Source: Candidatus Harrisonbacteria bacterium
Lineage (GTDB): Bacteria; Patescibacteriota; Minisyncoccia; UBA6257; UBA11618
Reading direction: 5' to 3'
DNA: 64,000 nt
Assembly: GCA_016867415.1 (NCBI GenBank)
Contig: VGJO01000002.1
Coordinates: 118,472 to 182,471 of the forward strand
The notes below the pieces were generated by a model, which saw only the letters and a program-made list of their open reading frames with translations, was not told the DNA's origin and searched no databases. Below, in pieces: positions 35,883 through 45,980 of the stretch (position 1 is the stretch's first letter; the number at the start of each line of letters is the position of its first letter). A program made the position numbers and the translations under genes.

Positions 35883-37712
35883 TTAAGGTTTCCCAAACCG
35901 ATGAGCATACCACCAGCTAAATACTTGATGCGCTATCGGAATAGTGTTTAGACTCCCATCCTTTGAATCCTCGATTAAAACTAAAATCGCAATTTTCGGA
36001 TCTTCCGCTGGCGCATATCCCACAAAAAACGCATTAGTCTTTTTATTATTCTGAATCTGCGCGCTTCCCGTCTTTCCCGAAATCATCATTGGAATATTAT
36101 TCAGCAAATGTGCCGTCCCATATTCCTTCGTCACCGAATCCCGTAATCCTTTTTTTATCTCATAGATAAGCGGATAAAGATCCGAAAGATCCAAGGACAT
36201 TTTAGGCTCATGGAGCGCCGCAATATTTCCCCTCGCATCCGTCACCGACTTTCCCACAAACGGTACAAATTCCTTCCCATCATTTGCAATCATTGCAATC
36301 GATGAAATAAGCCGCAAAGGCGTAAGCGCCAAATCCCCCTGCCCAATGCTCACATTGTAGGTATCTCCAATCCGCCACGCCGATCCCGTCTTTTCTTCCT
36401 TTTCCTCCGGAGTATAAAAAAATCCTTTTCCCTCCGCCGGCAAATCCACTCCCGTCTTCTCCCCAAACTGAAATCTAGCCCACCATTCCTGAAGCTTCTT
36501 GATTCCCAGTCCCTTCGTCCGCTCAAATCCTCCTCCAACATAGTAAAAATAGACATTGCTCGAGCGGGCGAGCGCAGAATACAGATTTACCCAACCGTGC
36601 GGTTTCCAATCCAAAAATCGTGATGGCTTATCAGGAAAATATGGATTAGGAATTTCAATATGTCCTTTAGAATAAAATTCATCCGTCGTTTTCATCACTC
36701 CCTCCTTTAGCCCTGCAAGCGCCACAAAGGGTTTGTACGTTGACCCTGGTGAGTAGACTCCCGACAATGCCCGATTAAAAAGCGGCTGCCCGGAAGCACC
36801 CAGATACTTCGCCGGTTCATTATTGTTGTAAGATGGAAAATTAACTAAAGATAAAATCTCTCCCGTCTTGGGATTAATCGCTATCCCCACTCCGGCCGTG
36901 CGTGAGAGTCTCGTAAGTCCTTCCTGAAATGCCTTATAAAATACCCGCTGTAATGGTGCGTCAATCGTAGTCACCAAATCATGTCCCAACTCCGACTTTT
37001 GCGTCACTGTCTCCGAAAGGATCTTTCCCTTAACATCTCGAAACTTGGTAAAAATCCCATCCTTACCTTTAAGATCTTTATTATACTGTGCCTCCAGTCC
37101 CGTGTCCCCGACTATAAACTGCCCCGAATCATGGAGTCGAGTATAGCCCAAAACATGAGCAAATATCTCCGGGTCAAAATATTCTCGTTTATAATCATTC
37201 CGCACTCGGAGCGCCGGAAAAGAAAGTACCTTTGCTTCGAGCGCTTGCTCCACTGGTATATTATGAAGAAGCACCACTTCTCCCCCCTCACCTTTCTTAA
37301 ATTTTTCTATTTTTTCTCCCACTCCTTCTCCCGGAAAAATAAGCGCTAATATAGACAGCATTTCTCTTTGCTCCTCTTTCTTCATCTGAAAATAATCCGC
37401 CACCGATAGCGTCAAAGAAAAAGCCGGCGAATTCCGCAAAAGCGGCTCATGATTTCTATCATAAATAATTCCCCGAAGAGCTGGGGTCCGGATCTCTTTA
37501 TTGACATTTGATTCCGCCCGCACCCGATAATTTTCGCCTTGAATAACGGAAAAATAAAATACTCGCAAAAAAAGAAAAAAGATAAGCCCGCTTGTGGTAA
37601 GGAGCATGAATGAAAAAACTCTCTCCGAAATGCCTAATTCTATCCGGCCATAGCGCCTGTTTTCTTCAAAAAGAGCCTCATCAAAATCAATTTGTGGCTT
37701 TATATTCTTCAC
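35883..37712 (-). CDS. mrdA: Penicillin-binding protein 2 (peptidoglycan D,D-transpeptidase)
   Basis: 609 aa; N-terminal TM; dimerisation domain; transpeptidase motifs STYKPF, SSN, KTGS/A; follows mreBCD. Confidence 0.85.
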   Translation of the reverse strand: MKNIKPQIDFDEALFEENRRYGRIELGISERVFSFMLLTTSGLIFFLFLRVFYFSVIQGENYRVRAESNVNKEIRTPALRGIIYDRNHEPLLRNSPAFSLTLSVADYFQMKKEEQREMLSILALIFPGEGVGEKIEKFKKGEGGEVVLLHNIPVEQALEAKVLSFPALRVRNDYKREYFDPEIFAHVLGYTRLHDSGQFIVGDTGLEAQYNKDLKGKDGIFTKFRDVKGKILSETVTQKSELGHDLVTTIDAPLQRVFYKAFQEGLTRLSRTAGVGIAINPKTGEILSLVNFPSYNNNEPAKYLGASGQPLFNRALSGVYSPGSTYKPFVALAGLKEGVMKTTDEFYSKGHIEIPNPYFPDKPSRFLDWKPHGWVNLYSALARSSNVYFYYVGGGFERTKGLGIKKLQEWWARFQFGEKTGVDLPAEGKGFFYTPEEKEEKTGSAWRIGDTYNVSIGQGDLALTPLRLISSIAMIANDGKEFVPFVGKSVTDARGNIAALHEPKMSLDLSDLYPLIYEIKKGLRDSVTKEYGTAHLLNNIPMMISGKTGSAQIQNNKKTNAFFVGYAPAEDPKIAILVLIEDSKDGSLNTIPIAHQVFSWWYAHRFGKP

Positions 37713-38116
37713 GCGTTATGAATATTTCTCCCTATTATATAGAATATCTCTCCAAAAAAAACAAAAAGTAAAAAATCCCAAAAAGAGAGGGAAAAAGTTC
37801 CCAAAAGCACTCCCGCTCCTAGCAAAACAAAAAGTTGATTAAGCTCCGCTCGAAAAGGAAAATTTTTTTGAATGACATATGTCAAAATAACCATCAAAAA
37901 CAATATTCCCATAAAACGAATTTCAAACGGCGATGATAAAGAAAAGACCACTGAAAATGCATACAAAAGCATCGCGTCAAATAGATTAGGAAGAAGTGCT
38001 ACCAAAGCAAGAAGAAGAGGTACAAATACTGGCAAAGATTGATGAGAAAAAAAAGATACCGCCCAAATTTTTTGCAAAAAAGCGACCACAAAAAGAACTA
38101 TGATTGAATAAGCCAT
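37709..38116 (-). CDS. mreD: Rod shape-determining protein MreD (putative)
   Basis: 135-aa polytopic membrane protein positioned between mreC and mrdA. Confidence 0.55.
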   Translation of the reverse strand: MAYSIIVLFVVAFLQKIWAVSFFSHQSLPVFVPLLLALVALLPNLFDAMLLYAFSVVFSLSSPFEIRFMGILFLMVILTYVIQKNFPFRAELNQLFVLLGAGVLLGTFSLSFWDFLLFVFFGEIFYIIGRNIHNA

Positions 38117-38853
38117 ACTTCTGATATGTCTGCCATATCATATGGCAAGCGAAGTTTTGCCTCAAAAAAAAGCCCCTCTGTCGACTGAGCAAGTTCTGTA
38201 TCCACTTCTCCTATCTTCATCCCATAAGGCAAACCGCGCCCAGCAGTAAAAATAACATCTCCTGGCTTTATCTGCTTTTCCTTCTCTCCCAATACCATCT
38301 GTAATATTGGTTCTGGTCCGCTCTTTACAAGACCACTTCGCGCCGGCTCACCCACCCGAATTGGTATTTGCCACCCTGGTGAAAAGATAGTCTTTACGAC
38401 AGCATAATGCTTCTCGACCAATTGTACTACCCCCAAGAAAATCTCCCCGCCAATCGTCACCACCGCCCCCTCTTTTACTCCTGCTTTCTGCCCTGCTTGA
38501 ATGACTATGGTATTTATCTCGGGATAACCCGATCCGGCAAGCACTTTCGCCGGAAGCAAGTCGTTGGTAAATGCCAAAGTTGACGAGACAATATCTTCAA
38601 ACTGATTTGCCTTGAGTAGCGCAATCTCCGCTTTTAAAACCTCATTTTTTAAAAGTAACACCCGTTGCTCTCGCTCGGAAAGTGCTGGGGAAAAAATCCC
38701 ATAAAAAAAATATTTCACCTGCCCCACTCCCGTATTGAAAAAAGCCACCGCCCTATCCCGATGCAGCACAAAAAATTCTCCCGCTAAAAACCACAAGATA
38801 AAAATGATTGCCGTTGCTAAAAAAGACTTCATCTCTTTACCATAATTCTGCAC
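38098..38853 (-). CDS. mreC: Rod shape-determining protein MreC
   Basis: 251 aa; N-terminal TM + coiled coil (LLLKNEVLKAEIALLKANQ) + beta-rich C-terminal domains; downstream of mreB. Confidence 0.75.
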   Translation of the reverse strand: MQNYGKEMKSFLATAIIFILWFLAGEFFVLHRDRAVAFFNTGVGQVKYFFYGIFSPALSEREQRVLLLKNEVLKAEIALLKANQFEDIVSSTLAFTNDLLPAKVLAGSGYPEINTIVIQAGQKAGVKEGAVVTIGGEIFLGVVQLVEKHYAVVKTIFSPGWQIPIRVGEPARSGLVKSGPEPILQMVLGEKEKQIKPGDVIFTAGRGLPYGMKIGEVDTELAQSTEGLFFEAKLRLPYDMADISEVWLIQS

Positions 38854-38880
38854 TGTAAAGAACGATAATAGAAAATTATA

Positions 38881-39960
38881 TTATATGCGAATCTCTTTTG
38901 GTAAAAGCGGCTGGGAAAGAATACCCATAAACTGGGGAAAATTTTCCACCGCGATTCCCGTCCCTCGAGCCACGCACGTAAGTGGATCATCTATGATATA
39001 CGTTGATACAAAAAGCTCCTTCGCGACCAGCTCATCAAATTTCTTAAGCATTGATCCTCCTCCGGAAAGAAACACTCCCCGCCGCAAGATATCCCCCGCA
39101 AGCTCCGGCGGAGAGATCTCCAAAACCTCGCGAATCGCATCTACAATCGTCTTCAGAGATCGGATAATTGCAGTCCGCACATGGATATCTTTCACTACCA
39201 CCTCCTTTGGAAGACCCGTCGCCAAATCTCTTCCTTGCACTGCCATCTCAAGCCGCTCCGTAAGGGGCATCGCCGAGCCAATCTGGACTTTGAGCTCCTC
39301 TGCTGTCGGCTCCCCAATTACTAAACGAAATTCATCTCGTACAAATCGGATAATCTCTTCATTAAGCTTGCCTCCGGCAATTTTCAGAGTCTTGCTCTTC
39401 ACCGTCCCATTCATGGAGATAATCGCAATCTCCGTAGTCCCCTCCCCAATATCCACAATCATGCTCGCCGTCGGCTCATCGATCGGCAACCGTGCTCCCA
39501 AAGAGACCGCCAGCGGTTCATCAATCAAATATGCCCTAGAAACTCCGGAAGAGACCACTACATCCTCCACCGACTTTCTTTCGACCTCCGTAAGATTAGA
39601 CGGCACCCCCACGACCGCTCGCCGGAAGTTACCAAAAGCCCCTCCCCCCAAAGCCTGTTTCAAAAAAGTCTTTAGAATCTCCTGAGTCACCTCAAAGTCA
39701 GAAATTACTCCGTTTACAATCGGCTTCACTACTTCTACATGCAAAGGCGTCCGTCCCATCATCTTCTTTGCCTCATCCCCCACCGCGATCACCTGCCCTG
39801 TCTTAGTATTGATGGCTGCAAGCGTCGCTTCTTTCACCACAATCCCGCTCCCTGCCACATAAATAAGCGTATGTGCCGTCCCTAAATCAATCCCTACATC
39901 CTTCGCAAAATAATGAAGAGGATTAAAACCAAATTCCGTCAACTTGGAAAAAGAAAACAT
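38881..39960 (-). CDS. mreB: Rod shape-determining protein MreB (actin homolog)
   Basis: 359 aa; IDLGTAHTLIYV phosphate-1, DIGEGTTEIAIIS phosphate-2, FLSGGGS adenosine motifs. Confidence 0.92.
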   Translation of the reverse strand: MFSFSKLTEFGFNPLHYFAKDVGIDLGTAHTLIYVAGSGIVVKEATLAAINTKTGQVIAVGDEAKKMMGRTPLHVEVVKPIVNGVISDFEVTQEILKTFLKQALGGGAFGNFRRAVVGVPSNLTEVERKSVEDVVVSSGVSRAYLIDEPLAVSLGARLPIDEPTASMIVDIGEGTTEIAIISMNGTVKSKTLKIAGGKLNEEIIRFVRDEFRLVIGEPTAEELKVQIGSAMPLTERLEMAVQGRDLATGLPKEVVVKDIHVRTAIIRSLKTIVDAIREVLEISPPELAGDILRRGVFLSGGGSMLKKFDELVAKELFVSTYIIDDPLTCVARGTGIAVENFPQFMGILSQPLLPKEIRI

Positions 39961-40112
39961 CGTGCATACAAACTAATCTATCTCCTTTATTTTTTCAATC
40001 TCTCTTATTGTCATCCCGGGCTTAACTCGGAATCCAGTAATCTACCTCCAAAGGAGGTATTATAAGATTCCTTACCTTTTTCTCGTTTATAAAACATTAG
40101 ATAAAAAAATCC

Positions 40113-40136
40113 CATGCATTATTTGCATAATGCATG
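40113..40136. promoter_or_regulatory. Perfect 10-bp inverted repeat (candidate operator) upstream of mreB
   Basis: catgcattat-ttgc-ataatgcatg located about 150 nt upstream of mreB start. Confidence 0.3.
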
Positions 40137-40359
40137 AGACAAACACCCTCCCTCGGAAAAATTTACCGAGAGAAAACAAACCAATTGATCGGGTTAGTGA
40201 GATCGCGGAGGTAAATGAGATTGGTAGTCTGCCAATCCTTTTCCTTCGCAAAAGTACAAGTAGACTACCGCTCGTCAAATACTCAGAGTTTCTTTACCTA
40301 GGGGTGAGCCTTTGTTTTTTAAAACAGAGGATACATTATCGATTGTACCCAATCGATAT

Positions 40360-40592
40360 TGCATAAAAAAGTCCCCGACTTTTTACTCACCCCGTCTACC
40401 CTACCATCCTCACCTAATTCTAGCATCACCAAGAAATATTTCTCTCCCTTGAGTGACCATCCGCAGAAAAGTGGCATGGTTTTTTTGTGTTGTTATTTTG
40501 TCTTCCCTGCCCTCAAAAGAACAACACAAAAAACACTTTTCGAGGAAAGAATAAAAAATTCGCAGGAATTTTTTATGCGTCACGAAGAGGAG
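40360..40592 (+). repeat. Family B composite repeat, copy B2
   Basis: aaaagtccccgactttttactcacc...ccaagaaatattt...gagtgaccatccgcagaaaagtggcatggtttttttgtgttgttattttg...caacacaaaaaacacttttcgagg...atgcgtcacgaag. Confidence 0.65.
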
Positions 40593-40623
40593 AGAAATAT
40601 TTCAAAAAATACCCAATACAAAA

Positions 40624-41823
40624 TTATCCAAAAACCCTCTTAATCATTTCTTCCTCCCCCACCACCTCACTCTTTGCTCTTCCTCTTTTCTTAATCTCCA
40701 CCTCCCCCTCTGGTACCCGATCCGAGATCACTATTCTATAAGGGCACCCGATCATATCCGCATCCACAAATTTTACTCCCGCCGGCTCCTCCCGGTCATC
40801 AAAAAGCACTTCATGTCCCTGAACTATTAATTTTTCATACAAATCCTTTGCTCGCTCCCGCGTCTTCTCCTCCTTCCCAAGCACCAAAAGATGTGCTTGA
40901 AACGGCGCCACGGCCTCCGGCCAGACGATCCCCTGCTCATCATGAGACACCTCGACAATCGTCCCTAAGACTCGTGTCGGCCCGATCCCATACGACGCCA
41001 TAAAAAACTTTTCTGAAAATCGCTTCCCTAGTCGGAAAATATTTCCCACCTCAATCGCCTTTTTCTCCTCTATCTTTCCCTTACTGCACTGCGGACACTG
41101 CTCTCCCGCGCCCACCTTAGCAATCTCTTTGTTCTGGCAAAAGCCACACCCCGCTTCGCAGACATAGATAAGATCCTCTCCCGACTCCGCCACCACCTGA
41201 AACTCATGTGTGTAGTCTTTAGTAAAATCCCCTCCCGAAGCTTCGCAGACAAGCGCCTGAAGGCCTACTCGCGCAAATACTCGCTTGTACGCCTCTGCCA
41301 CCACCTCGTAGTATGCGCGCATATCCGCCTCTGTCGCATGAAAACTATATAAGTCCTTCATGAGAAATTCCCGTCCGCGCAAAATACCGCTCTTCGCCCG
41401 CGCCTCTTTCCGAAACTTAGTCTGGATCTGATATACTGCCCTCGGCAAAAACTTTTCCGCCACCAAATATTTCTCGCCAATCTCTGCGATTACCTCCTCG
41501 TGCGTCCAGCCGAGTCCATATTCCTCTCCATCCGCCCCAGTAAGCTTGTAGACTACAGGCACTTCCCACCGTCCCGACTGCTCCCAAATTCGCTTCGGGA
41601 TCAAAGCCGGCATCGAGAGCTCCTCCGCTCCCACGCCATTCATCTCCTCTCGGATAATCGCATTGATTTTATGTAGTACTCGCTGCCCAAGAGGCAAAAG
41701 CGTATACACCCCTGCCGCCGTTTTTGACAGAAAGCCAGCCCGGATCAAATACCGCGCATTGATAGCCTCCTCATCCTTAGGCCACTGATCTAAGACCCGC
41801 GCAAACTGCCTAGACTGTAACAT
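40624..41823 (-). CDS. proS: Prolyl-tRNA synthetase, minimal form without editing insertion (probable)
   Basis: 399 aa; class II motif 2 RGREFLMKDLYSFH; WEQSGRWE; Cys-rich insertion CEAGCGFCQN...CPQC; C-terminal anticodon-binding domain. Confidence 0.6.
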   Translation of the reverse strand: MLQSRQFARVLDQWPKDEEAINARYLIRAGFLSKTAAGVYTLLPLGQRVLHKINAIIREEMNGVGAEELSMPALIPKRIWEQSGRWEVPVVYKLTGADGEEYGLGWTHEEVIAEIGEKYLVAEKFLPRAVYQIQTKFRKEARAKSGILRGREFLMKDLYSFHATEADMRAYYEVVAEAYKRVFARVGLQALVCEASGGDFTKDYTHEFQVVAESGEDLIYVCEAGCGFCQNKEIAKVGAGEQCPQCSKGKIEEKKAIEVGNIFRLGKRFSEKFFMASYGIGPTRVLGTIVEVSHDEQGIVWPEAVAPFQAHLLVLGKEEKTRERAKDLYEKLIVQGHEVLFDDREEPAGVKFVDADMIGCPYRIVISDRVPEGEVEIKKRGRAKSEVVGEEEMIKRVFG

Positions 41824-42125
41824 TTCTCCTTATTTTAATCTGATTAACCAAAATTGCCAATAAAACACATTAACTACTATCACATTTATTAATTTATTTT
41901 TAAGATGCTCTAGATCTTTAATAATCTATAAGCAGAGAAAAGGAGATGATTTTAAAGACACCTCGCTCCTCTCTTCTTTCTTTCTACTGGGAAAGAAGTG
42001 ATCTCCAATAAAAAAAGATTATTCTTTTTTCCCCTCTCTTCTTCAAGTAAGAGAAATCCAGAAAGGTAAAAAAACAACCCCTTTTCTCTGACCTCTCTCC
42101 ACCCGCCCACCTGGCAAGTTTTTCA

Positions 42126-43157
42126 TTACAAAAATCTAGTTATATCTTTCACCGTCACCAAAATTATCAAAAGGAAAAGCAACGCGAGTGACAAAGAATT
42201 CGCCGCCATCTGAAATTTTTCCGAAAGATTCCGTCCCCGCACTTTTTCAATGAGAAGAAAAAGTAATCGTCCCCCATCGAGCGCCGGTATTGGCAAGCTA
42301 TTAAGTACCGTAAGATTGATGGACAAAAGTCCTAAAAATTGAAAGAGGTATGCTATCCCCGAGGCATAGGTCCCTGCCCCCACTTCCACAATTCCCACCG
42401 GCCCCAAGACATCAGCCGGCAAAAAGAAAAGTTGTGTCAGAGAAATGAGGATGAGAAAGACCATCTTAAACGCCATTAATAATCCTTCATAAGCACTAGA
42501 AAAAAACCCTCTTTGCTCTACCCCCGCGAATTCGGATAAAGCCACTCCCAAAGCTCCTTTATCTTCATGAGACACAAGAGGAATTACTGGTGTCAGTACC
42601 ATCTCTTTTCCCTTCCGTCGTATGGTAAGTGCTGCTTCTTTCCCTTGATGCGCCTTGATATATTCTACAAACACCCTTGAATCAGGAAAACCAATCACCT
42701 CATCGCCCACCATAAGTCCCGCCGCAAGCGCCGGAGATTCTGGAAAGATCTTATCAATAATAATCCGAGGCATCGTCCCGATCATAAACACCAGCGCAAA
42801 AAGCAGCCATCCAAAAAGAAAATTCATGATGACTCCGGCCGCCAGCACCACCGCCTTCGCTCCCGGCCTTGCTGCCACAAAACTCTCCTCTTTAGTAAAA
42901 AAAGCTTGAACAGCATTTTGATCTTCGTCTTTTCCAGTCACTTCTCCGTTTTCTTCGAAAATCTTTACAAATCCGCCAAGAAAAATGAGTCCGAGCGAAT
43001 ATACCGTCCGTCCAATCTTTTTTTGCAAAATCCGTGGCGGAAATCCGATAGCAAATTCAATCACCCCCATCCCATAATACTTAGCCGCCAAAAAATGTCC
43101 CAGTTCATGAACAAAAACCAGTGCCGACAAGCCCAAGAGCACTAAAAGAATTCCCAT
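42126..43157 (-). CDS. rseP: Site-2 protease RseP (M50 zinc metalloprotease)
   Basis: 343 aa; HELGH zinc motif in first TM region; PDZ-like middle; C-terminal LDGG motif region (ALDGGRLLF). Confidence 0.85.
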   Translation of the reverse strand: MGILLVLLGLSALVFVHELGHFLAAKYYGMGVIEFAIGFPPRILQKKIGRTVYSLGLIFLGGFVKIFEENGEVTGKDEDQNAVQAFFTKEESFVAARPGAKAVVLAAGVIMNFLFGWLLFALVFMIGTMPRIIIDKIFPESPALAAGLMVGDEVIGFPDSRVFVEYIKAHQGKEAALTIRRKGKEMVLTPVIPLVSHEDKGALGVALSEFAGVEQRGFFSSAYEGLLMAFKMVFLILISLTQLFFLPADVLGPVGIVEVGAGTYASGIAYLFQFLGLLSINLTVLNSLPIPALDGGRLLFLLIEKVRGRNLSEKFQMAANSLSLALLFLLIILVTVKDITRFL

Positions 43158-43168
43158 CGCTTCAATAA

Positions 43169-43735
43169 TTAATTATTTGCTAACTCCTCGCTTTTTTTTC
43201 TTATCATCTCCTCGATCATCTTATTCCCGCCATTAATCACCTCCTGAATCTCCGACAAAGTCCGAAATCGCTGATCCTCGCTGATAAGCCCCTCCGCCTC
43301 CACTCTCTTTACCATCTTGTTTGCTTCATCTCGGACCCATCGCAAGCGAATTCGGGTCTCCTCCGCCATCTTGCCAATAAGCTTAATAAGTTCTTTTCGC
43401 CGTTCCTCCGAGAGAGCCGGTAAATTGATCCGGATCGACGCGCCCGCCACCGACGGATTCACCCCAATCCCCGCGTTTTCGATCGCTTTCGCCACATCAT
43501 TTGCTGCACCCGCATCCCAAACACTGATCTGAATTTCCCGCGGCGGCACAATTGAGATTGATCCCAAGGCTTTTATGGGCATCCTTTGCCCAAAATACTC
43601 CACCTGAATATCTTCGACAAGCTTAGTGCTCGGCCGATTGCTCCGCACTCCCCCAAACTCACCCTTAAGATGCTCCACCACCTTACTGACTTCTTCCTTT
43701 ATTTTTTTTATCTCCAGTTCCATATACATTATCAT
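43169..43735 (-). CDS. frr: Ribosome recycling factor
   Basis: 188 aa; conserved RRF core ...IRINLPALSEERRKELIKL...RIRLRWVRDEANK. Confidence 0.9.
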   Translation of the reverse strand: MIMYMELEIKKIKEEVSKVVEHLKGEFGGVRSNRPSTKLVEDIQVEYFGQRMPIKALGSISIVPPREIQISVWDAGAANDVAKAIENAGIGVNPSVAGASIRINLPALSEERRKELIKLIGKMAEETRIRLRWVRDEANKMVKRVEAEGLISEDQRFRTLSEIQEVINGGNKMIEEMIRKKSEELANN

Positions 43736-43920
43736 TCCGGCTTTGCCTCATCTTGGTGTACTCGCAGCGGCAAAACCCATAATCCATTTTTCTGTCTCTC
43801 CTTAAAGAGGCAAGTTTACAATAATCCTACCTTTTTCAAAACATCATTATAAAATAAATCACCACAAATATAAAGACATTGGATACAAATATAAAAAAAG
43901 TGCTCCAAAAAACAAAATCA

Positions 43921-44643
43921 CTACCCACTGAAAGATTCCTTCCATGCTTCAAGCTGTAATCGTTTATTAAGTGGCGATCGGGAAAACCCCTGATAAAGAG
44001 ACACAAGTCCCCGCAAAGCCTTTGCATACTTTTCCGAATCCCGAGACAAAATATACATTCCCGCCCGCAAAAAATCAAAGATATCAAAGGCTACCTCACT
44101 CGCCGCCATCTCTTTAATAAAGGCCATCCGCCCCGCATCTTTACTTCGCATAAACTTTTCAAACTTCTCCACCCACTCTTCTTTAGTAAAGATCTTACCC
44201 CCTGACATGTCAGGGAAAAAATATTGCTGCGCCCGTGATCGGATCGGCGAAAGAAGCCGCCCCGCCTCTGCAGTAACTAGAAGTATCATTCCATCCTTCG
44301 GTGGCTCTTCGAGAATCTTCAAAATAGCATTCTGTGCCGCCCCAGTCATCCTCTCTGCTCCCATTACAACAAGCAATCGCTTCTTCCCTCGCCCCTTCCC
44401 TAAAAAAAGAAACCGTCTCCCTTCTCGCGCCGTCTCAATCCCAATCGATCCCGATTCATTCGGCCGGATCATCATACTGTCAGATAAAACTCCTTTATAT
44501 TCCTGCCACTCTCCTGTCTCGAGATACCCCATCATTCCCCCCAGAAATTCCTCCGTCACCCCCCCGGAAAATAAACAAGCATGCGGCAACCCGCCCTGCA
44601 TCACCTGCCCCTTCACAAACTCCTTCACCCCTGCTCCTCTCAT
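43921..44643 (-). CDS. holB: DNA polymerase III delta-prime-like subunit (degenerate P-loop)
   Basis: 240 aa; sensor/box motif TGAAQNAILKILEEPP and LLSPIRSRAQ typical of clamp-loader delta-prime/gamma; no intact Walker A. Confidence 0.6.
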   Translation of the reverse strand: MRGAGVKEFVKGQVMQGGLPHACLFSGGVTEEFLGGMMGYLETGEWQEYKGVLSDSMMIRPNESGSIGIETAREGRRFLFLGKGRGKKRLLVVMGAERMTGAAQNAILKILEEPPKDGMILLVTAEAGRLLSPIRSRAQQYFFPDMSGGKIFTKEEWVEKFEKFMRSKDAGRMAFIKEMAASEVAFDIFDFLRAGMYILSRDSEKYAKALRGLVSLYQGFSRSPLNKRLQLEAWKESFSG

Positions 44644-44808
44644 AGTCTTTTCTATACTAATCCCTTTTCCTTTAAAAATAAAAAGGTTGGCGCGAAATGT
44701 AAGCCTACCTAGGGATGAGTCTCTCTTAAAGGGAGAATAGAAAAACTTATATTTCTCTCCTTGCTTTTATCTACACCATTCATGTATTTTATAAACACTT
44801 CCATGCCC

Positions 44809-45816
44809 ATGTTTGTCCGAAAAATTGGTATTGATCTTGGCACGGTAAATACCGTCGTCTATGCAGAAGGCCTTGGTTTTGTGGTCAATGAGCCCACAAT
44901 AGTTGCTCTTTCCTACCCCGACAACACCGTCATCGCCGTCGGTCGCGAAGCAAAGGAAATGGTGGGCAAGACTCCCGAAGACATCGTCGCTTACCGTCCA
45001 CTCAAAGACGGTGTCATCGCTGACTATTATATTACGCGCGCGATGCTCAAGTATTTCATTAGTAAAGCTCTGGGTAATTTTAATTTTTTCAAACCCGATC
45101 TGGTAATCAGCGCTCCCGCTGGCATCACCCCTAACGAAAAAAGAGCGATTACAAACGCCGCCTTGGAATCAGGTGCGAAGACCGTTGCTATAGTAAAAGA
45201 GCCTATCCTCGCCGCTCTTGGTGCTGGCATCCCGATCAACTCTCACTCGGGTAATATGATCATCAATATCGGCGGTGGCACGGCTGAAGTCGCAGTCATC
45301 TCCTTAGGCTCCGTCGTCTCCTGGTCATCGCTACGCGTCGCCGGAAACAAATTTGATCAAGCGATTATCGATCTTATTAAACGAAAATATTCTCTCTCTA
45401 TTGGCGAGCAAACCGCCGAAACTATCAAAATCCAGATCGGCGCCGCCCTCCCCGCCCGCCAAAAGCTCGAAATGGAGACTCGCGGTCGCGACCTCATCTC
45501 CGGCCTGCCAAAAAATATCATAGTCAATTCCAATGAAATCGCCGAAGCCTTGAATCCCCACCTCATGGATATTGCCACCGCCGCTCAAAATGTCTTCAAC
45601 AATACCCCGCCCGAGCTCGTCGCCGACGTTATGGAAAAAGGCATTATTATCTCTGGTGGCGGCGCCCAGATCCGCTACATTGATGAGTTCTTCAAGCGGA
45701 TGCTTGGCGTCGAGGCCTACATCGCCGAAGAGCCTCTTTTCTGCGTCGCCAAAGGATCCTCTCTCATCCTCTCCCACCTCGACACATACAAACGCACCCT
45801 CTTAAACAAAAGATAA
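44809..45816 (+). CDS. Second MreB/Mbl-like actin homolog
   Basis: ORF 44761..45816; MreB motifs from internal Met: IGIDLGTVNTVVY, NIGGGTAEVAVIS, IISGGGAQI; one of only three plus-strand genes. Confidence 0.85.
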   Translation: MFVRKIGIDLGTVNTVVYAEGLGFVVNEPTIVALSYPDNTVIAVGREAKEMVGKTPEDIVAYRPLKDGVIADYYITRAMLKYFISKALGNFNFFKPDLVISAPAGITPNEKRAITNAALESGAKTVAIVKEPILAALGAGIPINSHSGNMIINIGGGTAEVAVISLGSVVSWSSLRVAGNKFDQAIIDLIKRKYSLSIGEQTAETIKIQIGAALPARQKLEMETRGRDLISGLPKNIIVNSNEIAEALNPHLMDIATAAQNVFNNTPPELVADVMEKGIIISGGGAQIRYIDEFFKRMLGVEAYIAEEPLFCVAKGSSLILSHLDTYKRTLLNKR

Positions 45817-45980
45817 AAAAAATTATTTTTGAAGCCTGAATGAAAGCTTGCTGGATCATAGGACTTTTTGTGCTCTAATAGTCTGAAGATCCACAGTACT
45901 TGGGGGCCTTTCATGTATTGGGAAAAACTTGAGCTTATTTTTTTCCTCTCCCTCTAAATTACTATCTACTAGCCACTGCT

